From contig CAVTJV010000007.1 in assembly GCA_963735185.1 (NCBI GenBank), positions 872,651-936,650 on the forward strand: a stretch of DNA of 64,000 bases, read 5' to 3'. Shown piece after piece: positions 1-8,771 of the stretch. The stretch is from an uncultured Thermoplasmata archaeon. GTDB lineage: Archaea > Thermoplasmatota > Thermoplasmata > Lutacidiplasmatales > UBA184. The notes beneath the pieces are model-generated. The model searched no databases, had not been told where the DNA came from, and was given only the letters and a program-made list of their open reading frames with translations. Made by a program: the position numbers and the translations under genes. Numbering within the stretch: the first letter of the stretch is position 1; each line of letters starts with the position of its first letter.

Positions 1-400
1 GCGCGTCGAACTTCCGCTCCTCCGGAGGCGAAGGCGCCTCGGCCGGTGCGGGTGGGGCACCCAGGTACTCGACGAGCGAGGCGTGCTCGCCCACAGTGAG
101 CTCGCCTTCGCCGAGGAGGAGGTCGACGAGCTCCCGCTGACGCGGCCGGTACGTCTCGACGAGCTCGGTCAGGTCGCGGTCGGGTCGGGTGGCCGGGACC
201 GCGGCCAGCGGAGCTCCCACGAGGCCGTCGAGGTCGGCCCGCAGGTCGTCGAACGCACGGGCGAGTTCGGAGTGGTTCGGCACGGACCCGTCCTGCGGAA
301 GCTCGAACTTGGCCGAGAGCCGCACTGCGCCACCGGACGGGTCCTCCGGGCGGAGCGGACGCTCGACCGTGAGCTCGACCTCGCGACGACGAATCGGCAC
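1..400 (-). CDS. hypothetical protein, 5' part only (gene continues beyond window start)
   Basis: Minus-strand frame open from a GTG at 400..398 to the window edge. It reads ...ELARAFDDLRADLDGLVG...TELVETYRPRQRELVDLLLGEGELTVGEHASLVEYL with G-rich codon position 1 and very high GC3. The listed plus-strand ORF 83..640 is its codon-for-codon antisense (L/P/R-rich). Confidence 0.4.
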   Translation of the reverse strand, partial: MPIRRREVELTVERPLRPEDPSGGAVRLSAKFELPQDGSVPNHSELARAFDDLRADLDGLVGAPLAAVPATRPDRDLTELVETYRPRQRELVDLLLGEGELTVGEHASLVEYLGAPPAPAEAPSPPEERKFDA

Positions 401-543
401 GAGCCCCGACGGGCGAGCGCGGAGAAAAGGTACGCCCGCTCGTCGAAGGCTGCTTCGTGCGTGTTTGAGTTACCACCATTCACTTGCTATCACACGGTAA
501 CTATAAGAGGGTCCGCGGGTTCAGGTGGCACGAGGGGAGACCG

Positions 544-1041
544 ATGGATACGGAGCGCTCTCGGCGAACCGCCCCCGCTCATCCGGGCGCGATGGAGACC
601 TGCGACTCGGCCGACGGACGACACCTTTGCCCGGTCCTAGCGGCCGTGGGCGTCATCGGAACGGAGTGGCGCCTCGCGATCGTCCACCGCCTGCTCGAAG
701 GGCCGCAGCGGTTCAGCGAGATCCTGAAGTCGAACCCGCGGCTGAACGCGAAGACCCTGAGCGCGACCTTGAAGTTCCTCGAAAGCCAGGGCGTCGTACA
801 GCGCACGGTTGTCAGCACCCGGCCGTTCTCCGTCGTCTACTCGCTCACCGAGATGGGCCTCGGCCTCGCGCCGGCCACCCGCGAGCTGCGGGCCTGGGGC
901 GAGCGGTGGCTCCTCCCGAGGGCCGCGCAAACCAGTCGGGCAGCGGCGGCGGCGGCCGCGCGACGGCCTTCCGCCATCCAGGGAGAGCTCCCCCGCATCG
1001 TGGTCGGCGAGTCGGACCCCCACCCCCACCGGGCCCGATAG
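544..1041 (+). CDS. hxlR: HxlR-family winged-helix transcriptional regulator
   Basis: CPV-x6-IG-x-EW-R-L-x-I-x4-L-x3-G-x-QRF-x-E-I motif typical of the HxlR/DUF24 family. ATG at 544 lies about 35 nt downstream of a TATA-like ctataaga (506-513); alternative ATG at 592. Confidence 0.8.
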   Translation: MDTERSRRTAPAHPGAMETCDSADGRHLCPVLAAVGVIGTEWRLAIVHRLLEGPQRFSEILKSNPRLNAKTLSATLKFLESQGVVQRTVVSTRPFSVVYSLTEMGLGLAPATRELRAWGERWLLPRAAQTSRAAAAAAARRPSAIQGELPRIVVGESDPHPHRAR

Positions 1042-1282
1042 GCGGAACGGCTCGTTCTCGAGCCGTTTCACGACCCCCCGTCCGCGCCTCAAATATCCCG
1101 GAAGTCCCTCGTTCCCTTGCAACCACCCCGGAAAGGTCCTTCCATATCGCCGCAAGGGGACAGCACCGTGTCCCAGGCGTGCGAGGGACCTTTCCAAAAC
1201 TTTCTGCTCTCAATTCACGAAACGGCCCGGGAGCCGCATGCGACCTCTCGTGACCGGCACACAGTGGCGTTCCCGGTCCGAG

Positions 1283-2224
1283 TCAGGGATGGGCACGAAA
1301 CCAGTCCAAGGTCTCGTGCACTCCCGTGGCGTACGGAGTTGACGGGATGGCACCGAACTTCTGACGGTACCTGCTGCCGTCGAGGATAAAGCGCTCCCGC
1401 TTGAGATACATCATCTCCCGGAACTCGCGGGCCTCGCCGTTGAAGACCCCGGCCAAGGCGACCATCCAGCCGGGGATGGCCCGAGGGTTCGACCGGGACC
1501 CGGCGGTCTTCGCCACCAGCCCGAGAAACTCGCGGGGAGTGATCACGCCCGCCCCTGGAACGTGGTACGTCTCTCCGTTCGAGCTCGGGTCCAATCCCGC
1601 CCGAACCATGGCCTCTCCTCCGTCGGGGATGAACAGGAACTCGGACGGGACGTCGAGGTCACCGTACCAGGGCATCGGCCGGCCTTGGAGCGCGTTGCGG
1701 AATACCCCCGCGTAGAGCCGGTTCACGATGAACGGGCCATAGAAATCCGGCATTCGGACAATCGAAAATGCCAGCCCCTGAGAGCGATGGAGCTCCTCGA
1801 GGCGTTGCTCCATCTGCCGTCGCAACTGCCCCTTGCGGGTGTGCGGTTCCATCGGATGGTCCTCCCGTACGAACTCCGTCCGGGCGTGACCGAAGACGTA
1901 GACATTCCCCGGAAAGACGACACGAGCGCCGGCCGCCTGAGCCGCCGAGGTCGTGTTCTCTAGCATCGGGACCGCCTTCGCCGCCCACTCCGGATAGGGG
2001 ACGTTCACGCAGTGGAAGATCGTCGTGGCGTCCTTGGCCGCGCGGTGGACGTCCTCCACTACGAGGGCGTCCCCCACAACGACCTCCACCCCCTTCGCTT
2101 CGGGCCACGATCCTCGGAACTTCGCCGGGTCTCGAACGAGAACCCGGACTGGCTCGCCGCGTTCGACGAGCTTCACCACGGTCCAGTGCCCAATCCCGCC
2201 CGTGGCTCCCAGTACCAGATGCAT
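1283..2224 (-). CDS. NAD(P)-dependent epimerase/dehydratase (NmrA/SDR-like)
   Basis: N-terminal GATGGIG Rossmann motif, 313 aa, typical atypical-SDR layout. Confidence 0.85.
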   Translation of the reverse strand: MHLVLGATGGIGHWTVVKLVERGEPVRVLVRDPAKFRGSWPEAKGVEVVVGDALVVEDVHRAAKDATTIFHCVNVPYPEWAAKAVPMLENTTSAAQAAGARVVFPGNVYVFGHARTEFVREDHPMEPHTRKGQLRRQMEQRLEELHRSQGLAFSIVRMPDFYGPFIVNRLYAGVFRNALQGRPMPWYGDLDVPSEFLFIPDGGEAMVRAGLDPSSNGETYHVPGAGVITPREFLGLVAKTAGSRSNPRAIPGWMVALAGVFNGEAREFREMMYLKRERFILDGSRYRQKFGAIPSTPYATGVHETLDWFRAHP

Positions 2225-2893
2225 GAGCGCATACCCGGGAGCCGGTGGGACGAATAAGCCCCCGCATCGGGCTCGGAACGTCTCCCCCGAGCGGGTACGA
2301 AACGGGTATGCTTCGTGCGGGGCCGCCGTGATTCCAAGGGGACCTACCTAGAAGGGGTCCTTCATGGCTCATCGTTCAGCGTTCACCGACCCGCGAGCCG
2401 ACCTAACCCCCGGCCGCGATGGCGGCGTGAACCCCTATGGCGTCGCGCGTCGCCCCCTCCGCCTCACTCCGCGTTCGACCGCTAGATCTTCCCGCGGACT
2501 CCGACGGACCCCGACATGCCTCGCCGTCATCCCCGAGCCGAACGTCTCCCGGACCCCGAGGCCGCGCACGCGGTCTCCCGCTCCGCGCACCGTTCCCGGC
2601 TCTAACCGCCCAGTGACCGGCGTCGCCCCGAAGGACGAGGGGTCTTTCGAGGACGCCTCCCGCGAGCGGACGCCCGGCCGGACGCGTCGGGGGTCCTGAA
2701 CGCGGAGAGGTGCGCCCGCCCTGAGCACTTTCCCGGCCGATCGCCGGAGCGCGCCTTCCCCAGCCCCACGGCGCTCCGGCCGCAGGGCGGGTCCTGGGGA
2801 GGGCGTTCCCGGGCCCTCTACGAGAGGGCCTCCCCGCGCACAACTCCGTCCTACCCGAGACCCGCGGGAGGGGGCGGTGGAGTTCTGGAAACC

Positions 2894-3214
2894 TTGGATG
2901 CCGAGCGCATCGTCGCAACGCCTCCCGAACCCGTTCCGAGCCTACCCCTTCCTGACCGCGGGGTATCGCGGGTGCGAAAGGTCGGAGAGCTTCGGCTTCC
3001 GATCGCCGGCCCGTACCATCCTCGCGCTCGCCTCTACCGCTACCCGGACGGACGGCTCCTCTGGCTCGTCCGCCTCTGGGAGTGCGACCGGGCCGTGCCG
3101 CACCTCGTCTCTACAGCGGTGCTGCGCGAGTTCGCACGCTTGAACGGCCTCGCGGGCCTGCGCGCCGAGGTCGACGCCCTCGTGGAGCGGGCGACGGCCG
3201 GCGACCGACCGTGA
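2894..3214 (+). CDS. hypothetical 106-aa protein, translationally coupled to the downstream ATPase
   Basis: ORF with coding-like GC3. Its TGA (3212-3214) overlaps the GTG (3211) of the next gene (GTGA). No recognisable motifs. Confidence 0.5.
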   Translation: MDAERIVATPPEPVPSLPLPDRGVSRVRKVGELRLPIAGPYHPRARLYRYPDGRLLWLVRLWECDRAVPHLVSTAVLREFARLNGLAGLRAEVDALVERATAGDRP

Positions 3215-5787
3215 GCACCGCGCATCCGGTCACGGTGCTCTGCCACGGCTCTCCGTCACGACGACGACAATGGTACGCCGAGCTCGCACGGCTCATCGTA
3301 TCGGCCCCGCAGCCGGCCGCCGTCCTCTTTGAAGAGGCGTCCGACCGTTCGCTTCCTAGGGTCACCGTCCGGCCGACGGAGATCCTCGACGTCCTTCGAG
3401 AGAGCGTGGCCGGCGCCTCTGTCCGGGTCGAGGAGGGTCGCTCGCCGTCATCGACCCCTCCTCCTCGGTTCCCCTGCGAGCGCATAGGGTGCGTGGTGCG
3501 ATTTGGGGAGGCTCGAAACCGCCTCCCCCCCGAGGAGAGAACGGTCGTCGACCGGGTCGGGGTCGCAGCGGGGATCGGCCCGGAGAGCTGGCTCGGGTTC
3601 CAGACGTTCTGGGTGCCGGCCGGGCATGGCACCCTCTGGTTGGCTCGACGGTTCCGGTTCGCGGCCCGGTCGAACGCCGAACTCGACCAACGATGGAGGG
3701 CGCTGGGGCCTGCGGTCGCGGCCGAGTGGAGCTTGAGGGTGGGCCTTCCGGCGACGTTTCGTAGCGCCCGTTTCGGGTCCCGGCGTGACTGGCGACGCGG
3801 CGGCCTCCGGACGGTCCCGCCCGATGGCTGGTTCGAACGGCCCCCCGAGGATGCGGCGCGGTCGGTCCTCTCCCTCGAGCCGAAGGACGGCGTGCGGATG
3901 GAACGCCCGGTGGAGACACCGGCGATCGTCCTCGGGGCTTCGGGCGCCGGGAAGACGACGTACCTGGCCCGCTGGGCCGCCCGGGTGGTGCGCCAAGGAG
4001 GCTCCCTGGTCGTGGTCGACCTGCACGGGGACCTCGCTCCCGCCATCCTCGGCCGGCTCTCGCCCGAGTCCCGGCTCCGAGTGGTGGCGGTCGACGCGAC
4101 CCTGCCTCCCGTACCGGGGGTCGCGGCGCTCGTGCCCGACGGGCCCCGGGACCGGGCCGCGGCCCACCTGGTCGCCGCGTTGAAGCGGCTGAGCCCGGAC
4201 GGGACCGACCTTTACTGGGGATTCCGTCTCGAGAGGATCTTCGACACCTTCGTCCGGCTCGCGCTCGAGACGGGCGGCTCCCTCACCGACGTCTACGACC
4301 TGCTCACGAACCCCGACCGAAGGGACGCGGCCCGCCTCGCGACCCGGTCGGTCGAGCTCGCGAGGTTCCTCGACGAGCTCTCGCCCGTGGTGCGCCGGAA
4401 CCCCGAGTTCCTATGGTCGGCCTCGACCCGCCTTTCGAAGGTGGTGCTCGTGCCCGCCTTGCGGGAGCTCCTGGCGCCGGAAGAGGGAGGTCTGCCGGTC
4501 GAGGCGCTGCTCACCGAGGGGCGCTCGCTCCTCGTCCGATTGCCGTTCGCGAGCCTGGGACCGGAGGCGGCGGCGTTCGCGGCTACCCTCCTGCTCGGCC
4601 GGATCTACCTCGGGGTCGCCGCCACCGCCGAACGCCGGGGGCGCCCGGTCCCGGTGTCGGTCGTTCTCGACGAGGTGCAGGCGATCTCCCCCCGGCTGGT
4701 CGCCGAGGTCCTCACCGAGGGCCGGAAGTTCGGTCTCCGTACCGTCGTCGCGACGCAGTATCCCGACCGACTCGCCCGGGAGGTGCAAAGCGCCGCGCGG
4801 GGCGCGCTCCGCGGGTTCGTCGCGTTCCGCGTCCCTCGCCCGTCGGCCGTGGAGGTCGGAGGTTGGCTGGGCCTGGGACCGACCGACGCGGCCGAACTAC
4901 TTCCGAACCTCCCGACCGGTCAGGCACTGGTCCTGGACCCGCTCTCCGATGGAGTGCGCCCCACCTCCGCCGAGGAGTCTCCACCCGAGAACGACCCGGC
5001 GCGATGGAACGAGGCGGTCGACGCGACCCGAGACGAGTTCGGGGTCGACACGCCCGTGGCGGTGGAAAGCGTCGCGACGGACGACGCGACCGAACGCCTC
5101 CTGATGGCCGTGCTCTCGAGCGCGGAGGCCGGTTCGACTCTGCACCGAGAGAACGTCGTGACCGTCGCGGCGACCCTTCCGGGGTCGGGCCCCGACCCGG
5201 CCCTGCTCTCCAACCGTCTCGCGACGCTCTTCCGCGACGGCTATCTCGAGGAAGGCGCGGGGGGTCTCCGTCTGACCGCGGCGGGCGAGCGACGGCTCGG
5301 GCTCACCGCCCCGACCGAGGCGACCCGAGAGACCGCGGAGCACCGTGCCCTGCTCATGGCGGCATTCCGCCGGTTCGCGCGGCGAGGGTACCGCCTCGAA
5401 ATCCTCCGACAGGGACGGTTCGATACCACCCTCCCGGATGCGCGGTTCCGTCAGCTTCCCGGCCCGGACGAGGTCCACGTGCCAGCCGAACTCGCGGCCG
5501 AGGTCGAGCGAGCCCGTCAAGGTTGGGCGTGGAGGTTCTTCCGCGGCCGGGACGTCTACGTCGAGGCCGAGGTCTCCGGCGCGCTGCGACCCGAGCGCGT
5601 GCGCCACGGGGTTCGGAAGGCGCTGCGCCGAGGAGCGTTCGTTCTGTTCGTGGTCAGCGACGTTCGCCGCGCCCGCCGCGTGCGCACCGTCCTCCGGGCG
5701 ATGGGCCTCGGAGTGGACCGGGCGCAGGTCTGGACGCTCCGCCTTCCGGTCGGGTCGACGGAGCGTCCGGGGGAAACGAACAGGTAA
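3211..5787 (+). CDS. soluble TraG/VirD4/HerA-FtsK-superfamily P-loop ATPase with winged-helix and restriction-endonuclease-like C-terminal region
   Basis: Walker A GASGAGKTT followed by SLVVVDLHGDL (the h4-D-x-H/K-G-D motif seen in T4CP/HerA ATPases). Walker B VSVVLDEVQ, then EGRKFGLRTVVATQYPDRL (matches the T4CP/HerA [E/A]-x-R-K-[Y/F]-G arginine-finger/sensor block). No TM helices. wH-like segment ...LHRENVVTVAATL...LFRDGYLEE...; C-terminal RGRDVYVEAEVSG...GAFVLFVV resembles Hjc/PD-(D/E)xK topology. Probable start is GTG 3211; the ORF track starts at 3082. Confidence 0.8.
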   Translation: MSTAHPVTVLCHGSPSRRRQWYAELARLIVSAPQPAAVLFEEASDRSLPRVTVRPTEILDVLRESVAGASVRVEEGRSPSSTPPPRFPCERIGCVVRFGEARNRLPPEERTVVDRVGVAAGIGPESWLGFQTFWVPAGHGTLWLARRFRFAARSNAELDQRWRALGPAVAAEWSLRVGLPATFRSARFGSRRDWRRGGLRTVPPDGWFERPPEDAARSVLSLEPKDGVRMERPVETPAIVLGASGAGKTTYLARWAARVVRQGGSLVVVDLHGDLAPAILGRLSPESRLRVVAVDATLPPVPGVAALVPDGPRDRAAAHLVAALKRLSPDGTDLYWGFRLERIFDTFVRLALETGGSLTDVYDLLTNPDRRDAARLATRSVELARFLDELSPVVRRNPEFLWSASTRLSKVVLVPALRELLAPEEGGLPVEALLTEGRSLLVRLPFASLGPEAAAFAATLLLGRIYLGVAATAERRGRPVPVSVVLDEVQAISPRLVAEVLTEGRKFGLRTVVATQYPDRLAREVQSAARGALRGFVAFRVPRPSAVEVGGWLGLGPTDAAELLPNLPTGQALVLDPLSDGVRPTSAEESPPENDPARWNEAVDATRDEFGVDTPVAVESVATDDATERLLMAVLSSAEAGSTLHRENVVTVAATLPGSGPDPALLSNRLATLFRDGYLEEGAGGLRLTAAGERRLGLTAPTEATRETAEHRALLMAAFRRFARRGYRLEILRQGRFDTTLPDARFRQLPGPDEVHVPAELAAEVERARQGWAWRFFRGRDVYVEAEVSGALRPERVRHGVRKALRRGAFVLFVVSDVRRARRVRTVLRAMGLGVDRAQVWTLRLPVGSTERPGETNR

Positions 5788-5812
5788 GTGCGAGCGTTCG
5801 CTCGACCGCGCC

Positions 5813-6346
5813 GTGCGCGCGTTCGTGGCGGTCGAGATCCCCCCCGCCTCCGGGGAAACTCGTCGGGGCCCGGCTCCGGAGCACCTCACCCTGCTCTTCC
5901 TCGGGGAGATTCCGAGGGAGAGGGTCGGACCGATCGTCGAGGCCCTCACCCCACTAGGGGCCGCCATCGGGCCGTTCGACGCCGTGCTCGAAGGCATAGG
6001 CGCCTTCCCATCTCCCGAGCGGCCGCGGGTCGTGTGGGTAGGCGTCACCGAAGGCGCGACCGAGCTCACCCGGCTCGCGAACCGCGTTCGCGAGCTCCTC
6101 ACAGGCGAGGGGGAACCGGACCGACGAGAGACGTTCGCCCCACATCTCACTTTGTTCCGGGTGCGCTCGGCGACCGACCACCGGCGCGCGGTGGAGCTCC
6201 TCACCGGGACCGTCCCCCCGCCGGCCCCACGTCGGTTCCGGGTCAGCGAGTTCGTCCTCAAGGAGAGCGAGCTTTCCCCTCGCGGAGCGACCCACCGGAC
6301 CGTCGCGACATTCCCGCTCCGAGGTCCGTCGTCGACCCCGATCTAG
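5813..6346 (+). CDS. thpR: RNA 2',3'-cyclic phosphodiesterase / 2'-5' RNA ligase (2H phosphoesterase LigT/ThpR)
   Basis: Two H-x-T-x motifs (HLTLLFLG and HLTLFRV). Probable GTG start at 5813 giving VRAFVAVEIP, like the canonical MRLFIAxxLP N-terminus. Confidence 0.8.
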   Translation: MRAFVAVEIPPASGETRRGPAPEHLTLLFLGEIPRERVGPIVEALTPLGAAIGPFDAVLEGIGAFPSPERPRVVWVGVTEGATELTRLANRVRELLTGEGEPDRRETFAPHLTLFRVRSATDHRRAVELLTGTVPPPAPRRFRVSEFVLKESELSPRGATHRTVATFPLRGPSSTPI

Positions 6347-6383
6347 ACGAAGGGGACGACCTCGCCGCGGGGAGAGAGCCGGT

Positions 6384-7292
6384 TCACCCCGACTCGGCCG
6401 CTGCCCGGTCGGCGACGAGCTTCCGCCAGAGGTAGAGGGTGGCGTAACTCCCCCAACCGGGGTAGTACCGCTCGGCCCACGCCCGGGCCCGCTTCTCGGG
6501 GGCGGAGCGACGGAGCACTCCGAACTCCTCGAGCGCGATGCGGACCCCGAGGTCCCCTGCGATGAAGACGTCGGTCCTGCCGACACCGCGCAGGAGCGCG
6601 TTCTCGGCCGTCCAGCGGCCGACCCCGGGCAACCGGTCGAGGCTCTCGACCGCGGTCTCGAGAGGACCGGAGGATAGTCCGGTTGACGGGAGCGAGCCGT
6701 CCTCGACGGACACCGCGAGCGCGAGCAGAGCGCGGCTCTTGGCGCCGCTCAACCCGGTCGACCGGAGCCCGGGGACGTCCAGGGCCCTCAGCTCCCCCGG
6801 GGTCGGGACCCTAGGGACCTCCACCCCGCCCGCCTCCAGGAACGCTCCCGTTCGCTCGAGAAGGCGCTCCTTCATCGCGTTCGCCGCGCGCACCGATAGC
6901 TGCTGACCGACGATCGCGTGGAGGAGCGCCTCGTAGATGTGCGCGTCCCGAGGGATCCGCAACCCCCGGAACCGCCGGTCGGTGCCCCGCAAGGTCCGCT
7001 CCGCCCGAACGAGCCGGTAGAACTCCTCGACCGGGTGGTCGAGCGAGAACAGCGCGCGTGCCGCGGACCGCGCGGCCGGTCCGTCGGCCCCCCACGCCTC
7101 GACACGCCAGCGCCGCCCCTTCGGCTCGACCGAGAGGACCCACGGGTCGTCCGGCGTCCCCCACGCTCGCAGGAACCGATCACCGTCCTGCGTAACGACG
7201 ATCGACCGGGAGGAGTACTCGAGCTGCTCCCGCTCGGCCGGAAGCGACGCGAGACGCGGGAGGGTGATCGCGGTGACCGTGGGGGAACGCAC
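6384..7292 (-). CDS. alkA: DNA-3-methyladenine glycosylase II (AlkA, HhH-GPD family)
   Basis: HhH-GPD signature LPGVGRWTAENALLRGVG...D, with the AlkA N-terminal domain. Confidence 0.8.
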   Translation of the reverse strand: MRSPTVTAITLPRLASLPAEREQLEYSSRSIVVTQDGDRFLRAWGTPDDPWVLSVEPKGRRWRVEAWGADGPAARSAARALFSLDHPVEEFYRLVRAERTLRGTDRRFRGLRIPRDAHIYEALLHAIVGQQLSVRAANAMKERLLERTGAFLEAGGVEVPRVPTPGELRALDVPGLRSTGLSGAKSRALLALAVSVEDGSLPSTGLSSGPLETAVESLDRLPGVGRWTAENALLRGVGRTDVFIAGDLGVRIALEEFGVLRRSAPEKRARAWAERYYPGWGSYATLYLWRKLVADRAAAESG

Positions 7293-7433
7293 GCGGTCGG
7301 GAAGCGACGACCCCTAAGAGGCCGTCGGTCGCCCCGCGTCCCAGGTACCGCTCCGCCCCCGAACGACGATACCGTTAAGCGGCTCGGCACGACTCGCGCG
7401 TCCGGTCCCCAGTCCGAGGGGGAGAGAACTCGG

Positions 7434-8753
7434 GTGACCGACGACCAACCGCTCTTCGGCAATCCACGGCCTCGAACCGTTCTCCTCGTGCTCGTCGCGC
7501 TCACGCTCCTGGTCGCGACCATCGTGTCGTTCGGGCTTTCCGGTGGGCCGGGCGGGCGGACGGCGGATGGGTCGTCGCTCGCGACGGGCACCTCCCTTCG
7601 AGCGACCGTCCTCGCGGACGCAGGGTCCACCGTCTCGATCCGGGAGCTCGGTCCCGTCCCGAGCGAGGTCACGGTGGGCGTCCCGGCCGCGTTCGCCTGG
7701 CAGGCGCTCAACGCTACGGGAGCCCGCGCGACCACGTTCGCGACCGCGTGCGACGTAACGGTCACCGAGAGCACCAACGGCTCGAACGTCCGGGCCTGGG
7801 TCAATGCCTCGACGACCGGCCCACTCGTCCGTTCGCCGAACGGGACGTTCTCGGTCCCCTCCGACGCGTGGAACGGCGGCGTGCTCGACCTGTCCGTCAG
7901 CATCGCCTCCGCGGTTCCCGTGACCGTCCGGCTGTTCGGTCCGCTCCTCCCCACCGTTCCCGCCCCCGTCACGCTGGAGGCTCTCCCCGACCTCGAGCAC
8001 CTCGTGCTCTACGCGCACGTCACGAACCAATCGGGGGAGCGGGCGAACGACACGTTCTGGCATGTCCGCGACCGGTTCGGCGACCCGACGCCGGGAGCGT
8101 TCCTCATCGTCGAGTACTCAACCGGCACCTCGGTGAGCCAGACGTTCGTGCCGGTGACCTGGACGACCGGGGGCACGACGGGGGCGTGGGTGAACTACTC
8201 GGCTCCCGACCCGGGGAGCGGCACGGTCGTGGTCCTGGACGAATCCCAGACGACCCTCCTCGGCCCGGTCCCGGTGCCCGCGCTCGCGACCGCGCCACCG
8301 CCTCCGGCCCCATCCCTCTCTCCGTTCGTCCTCGCGGCGGTCGCCCTGCTCGCGGTCGGGGCGGTCGTCGGGATCGTGGCCATCGGAACCGGCGGTCGGG
8401 CGCGCGCATCTCCGGAGCGCACCGAGGCGGAGGAGGAACTTCGGCGGCTCGCCGAGGGTCGGGAAGCGGTCGTCGACCTCGTGCGGCGAGCCGGTCCGCT
8501 CGCCCTTCCCGAGATCGAGGACGCGTGGGAACCGCCTCCGGCGCCCCCCGCTCTCGCCGACTGGGTCGCGTCCCTCGTGACCGACGGGACGCTCACCGTC
8601 ACCCTCGGGGAGGGGGGACGGGCGCGGTTCGCCGTCGCCGACCGTCCGAACCGGGAGCCGAAGGTCACGCTCGACGAGGAAGCCCTCGAGCGAGGGCTCG
8701 CCCGCCGCGACGCGGCGGTCGAGGACGACCACGACGATGCGCGAGTCCCCTGA
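7434..8753 (+). CDS. type I membrane surface glycoprotein (N-terminal TM/signal anchor, N-x-S/T-rich ectodomain, C-terminal TM plus cytoplasmic tail)
   Basis: GTG 7434 preceded by ggggagag. N-terminal hydrophobic LLVLVALTLLVATIVSF, at least 7 N-x-S/T sequons, C-terminal TM FVLAAVALLAVGAVVGIVAIG. Confidence 0.6.
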   Translation: MTDDQPLFGNPRPRTVLLVLVALTLLVATIVSFGLSGGPGGRTADGSSLATGTSLRATVLADAGSTVSIRELGPVPSEVTVGVPAAFAWQALNATGARATTFATACDVTVTESTNGSNVRAWVNASTTGPLVRSPNGTFSVPSDAWNGGVLDLSVSIASAVPVTVRLFGPLLPTVPAPVTLEALPDLEHLVLYAHVTNQSGERANDTFWHVRDRFGDPTPGAFLIVEYSTGTSVSQTFVPVTWTTGGTTGAWVNYSAPDPGSGTVVVLDESQTTLLGPVPVPALATAPPPPAPSLSPFVLAAVALLAVGAVVGIVAIGTGGRARASPERTEAEEELRRLAEGREAVVDLVRRAGPLALPEIEDAWEPPPAPPALADWVASLVTDGTLTVTLGEGGRARFAVADRPNREPKVTLDEEALERGLARRDAAVEDDHDDARVP

Positions 8754-8771
8754 CGACGGCGGTTCGACCGG

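Noticed and set aside
83-640. Plus-strand 185-aa ORF at window start
   Set aside because: Codon-for-codon antisense of a better minus-strand frame (G-rich position 1, coherent protein-like sequence). The plus product is L/P/R-rich.
4897-6261. 454-aa minus ORF and other long ORFs overlapping the ATPase/LigT genes (4413..5957, 5788..6435, 3111..4046)
   Set aside because: R/P/G/S low-complexity translations typical of off-frame or antisense reading in high-GC DNA. The plus-strand genes have clear motifs.
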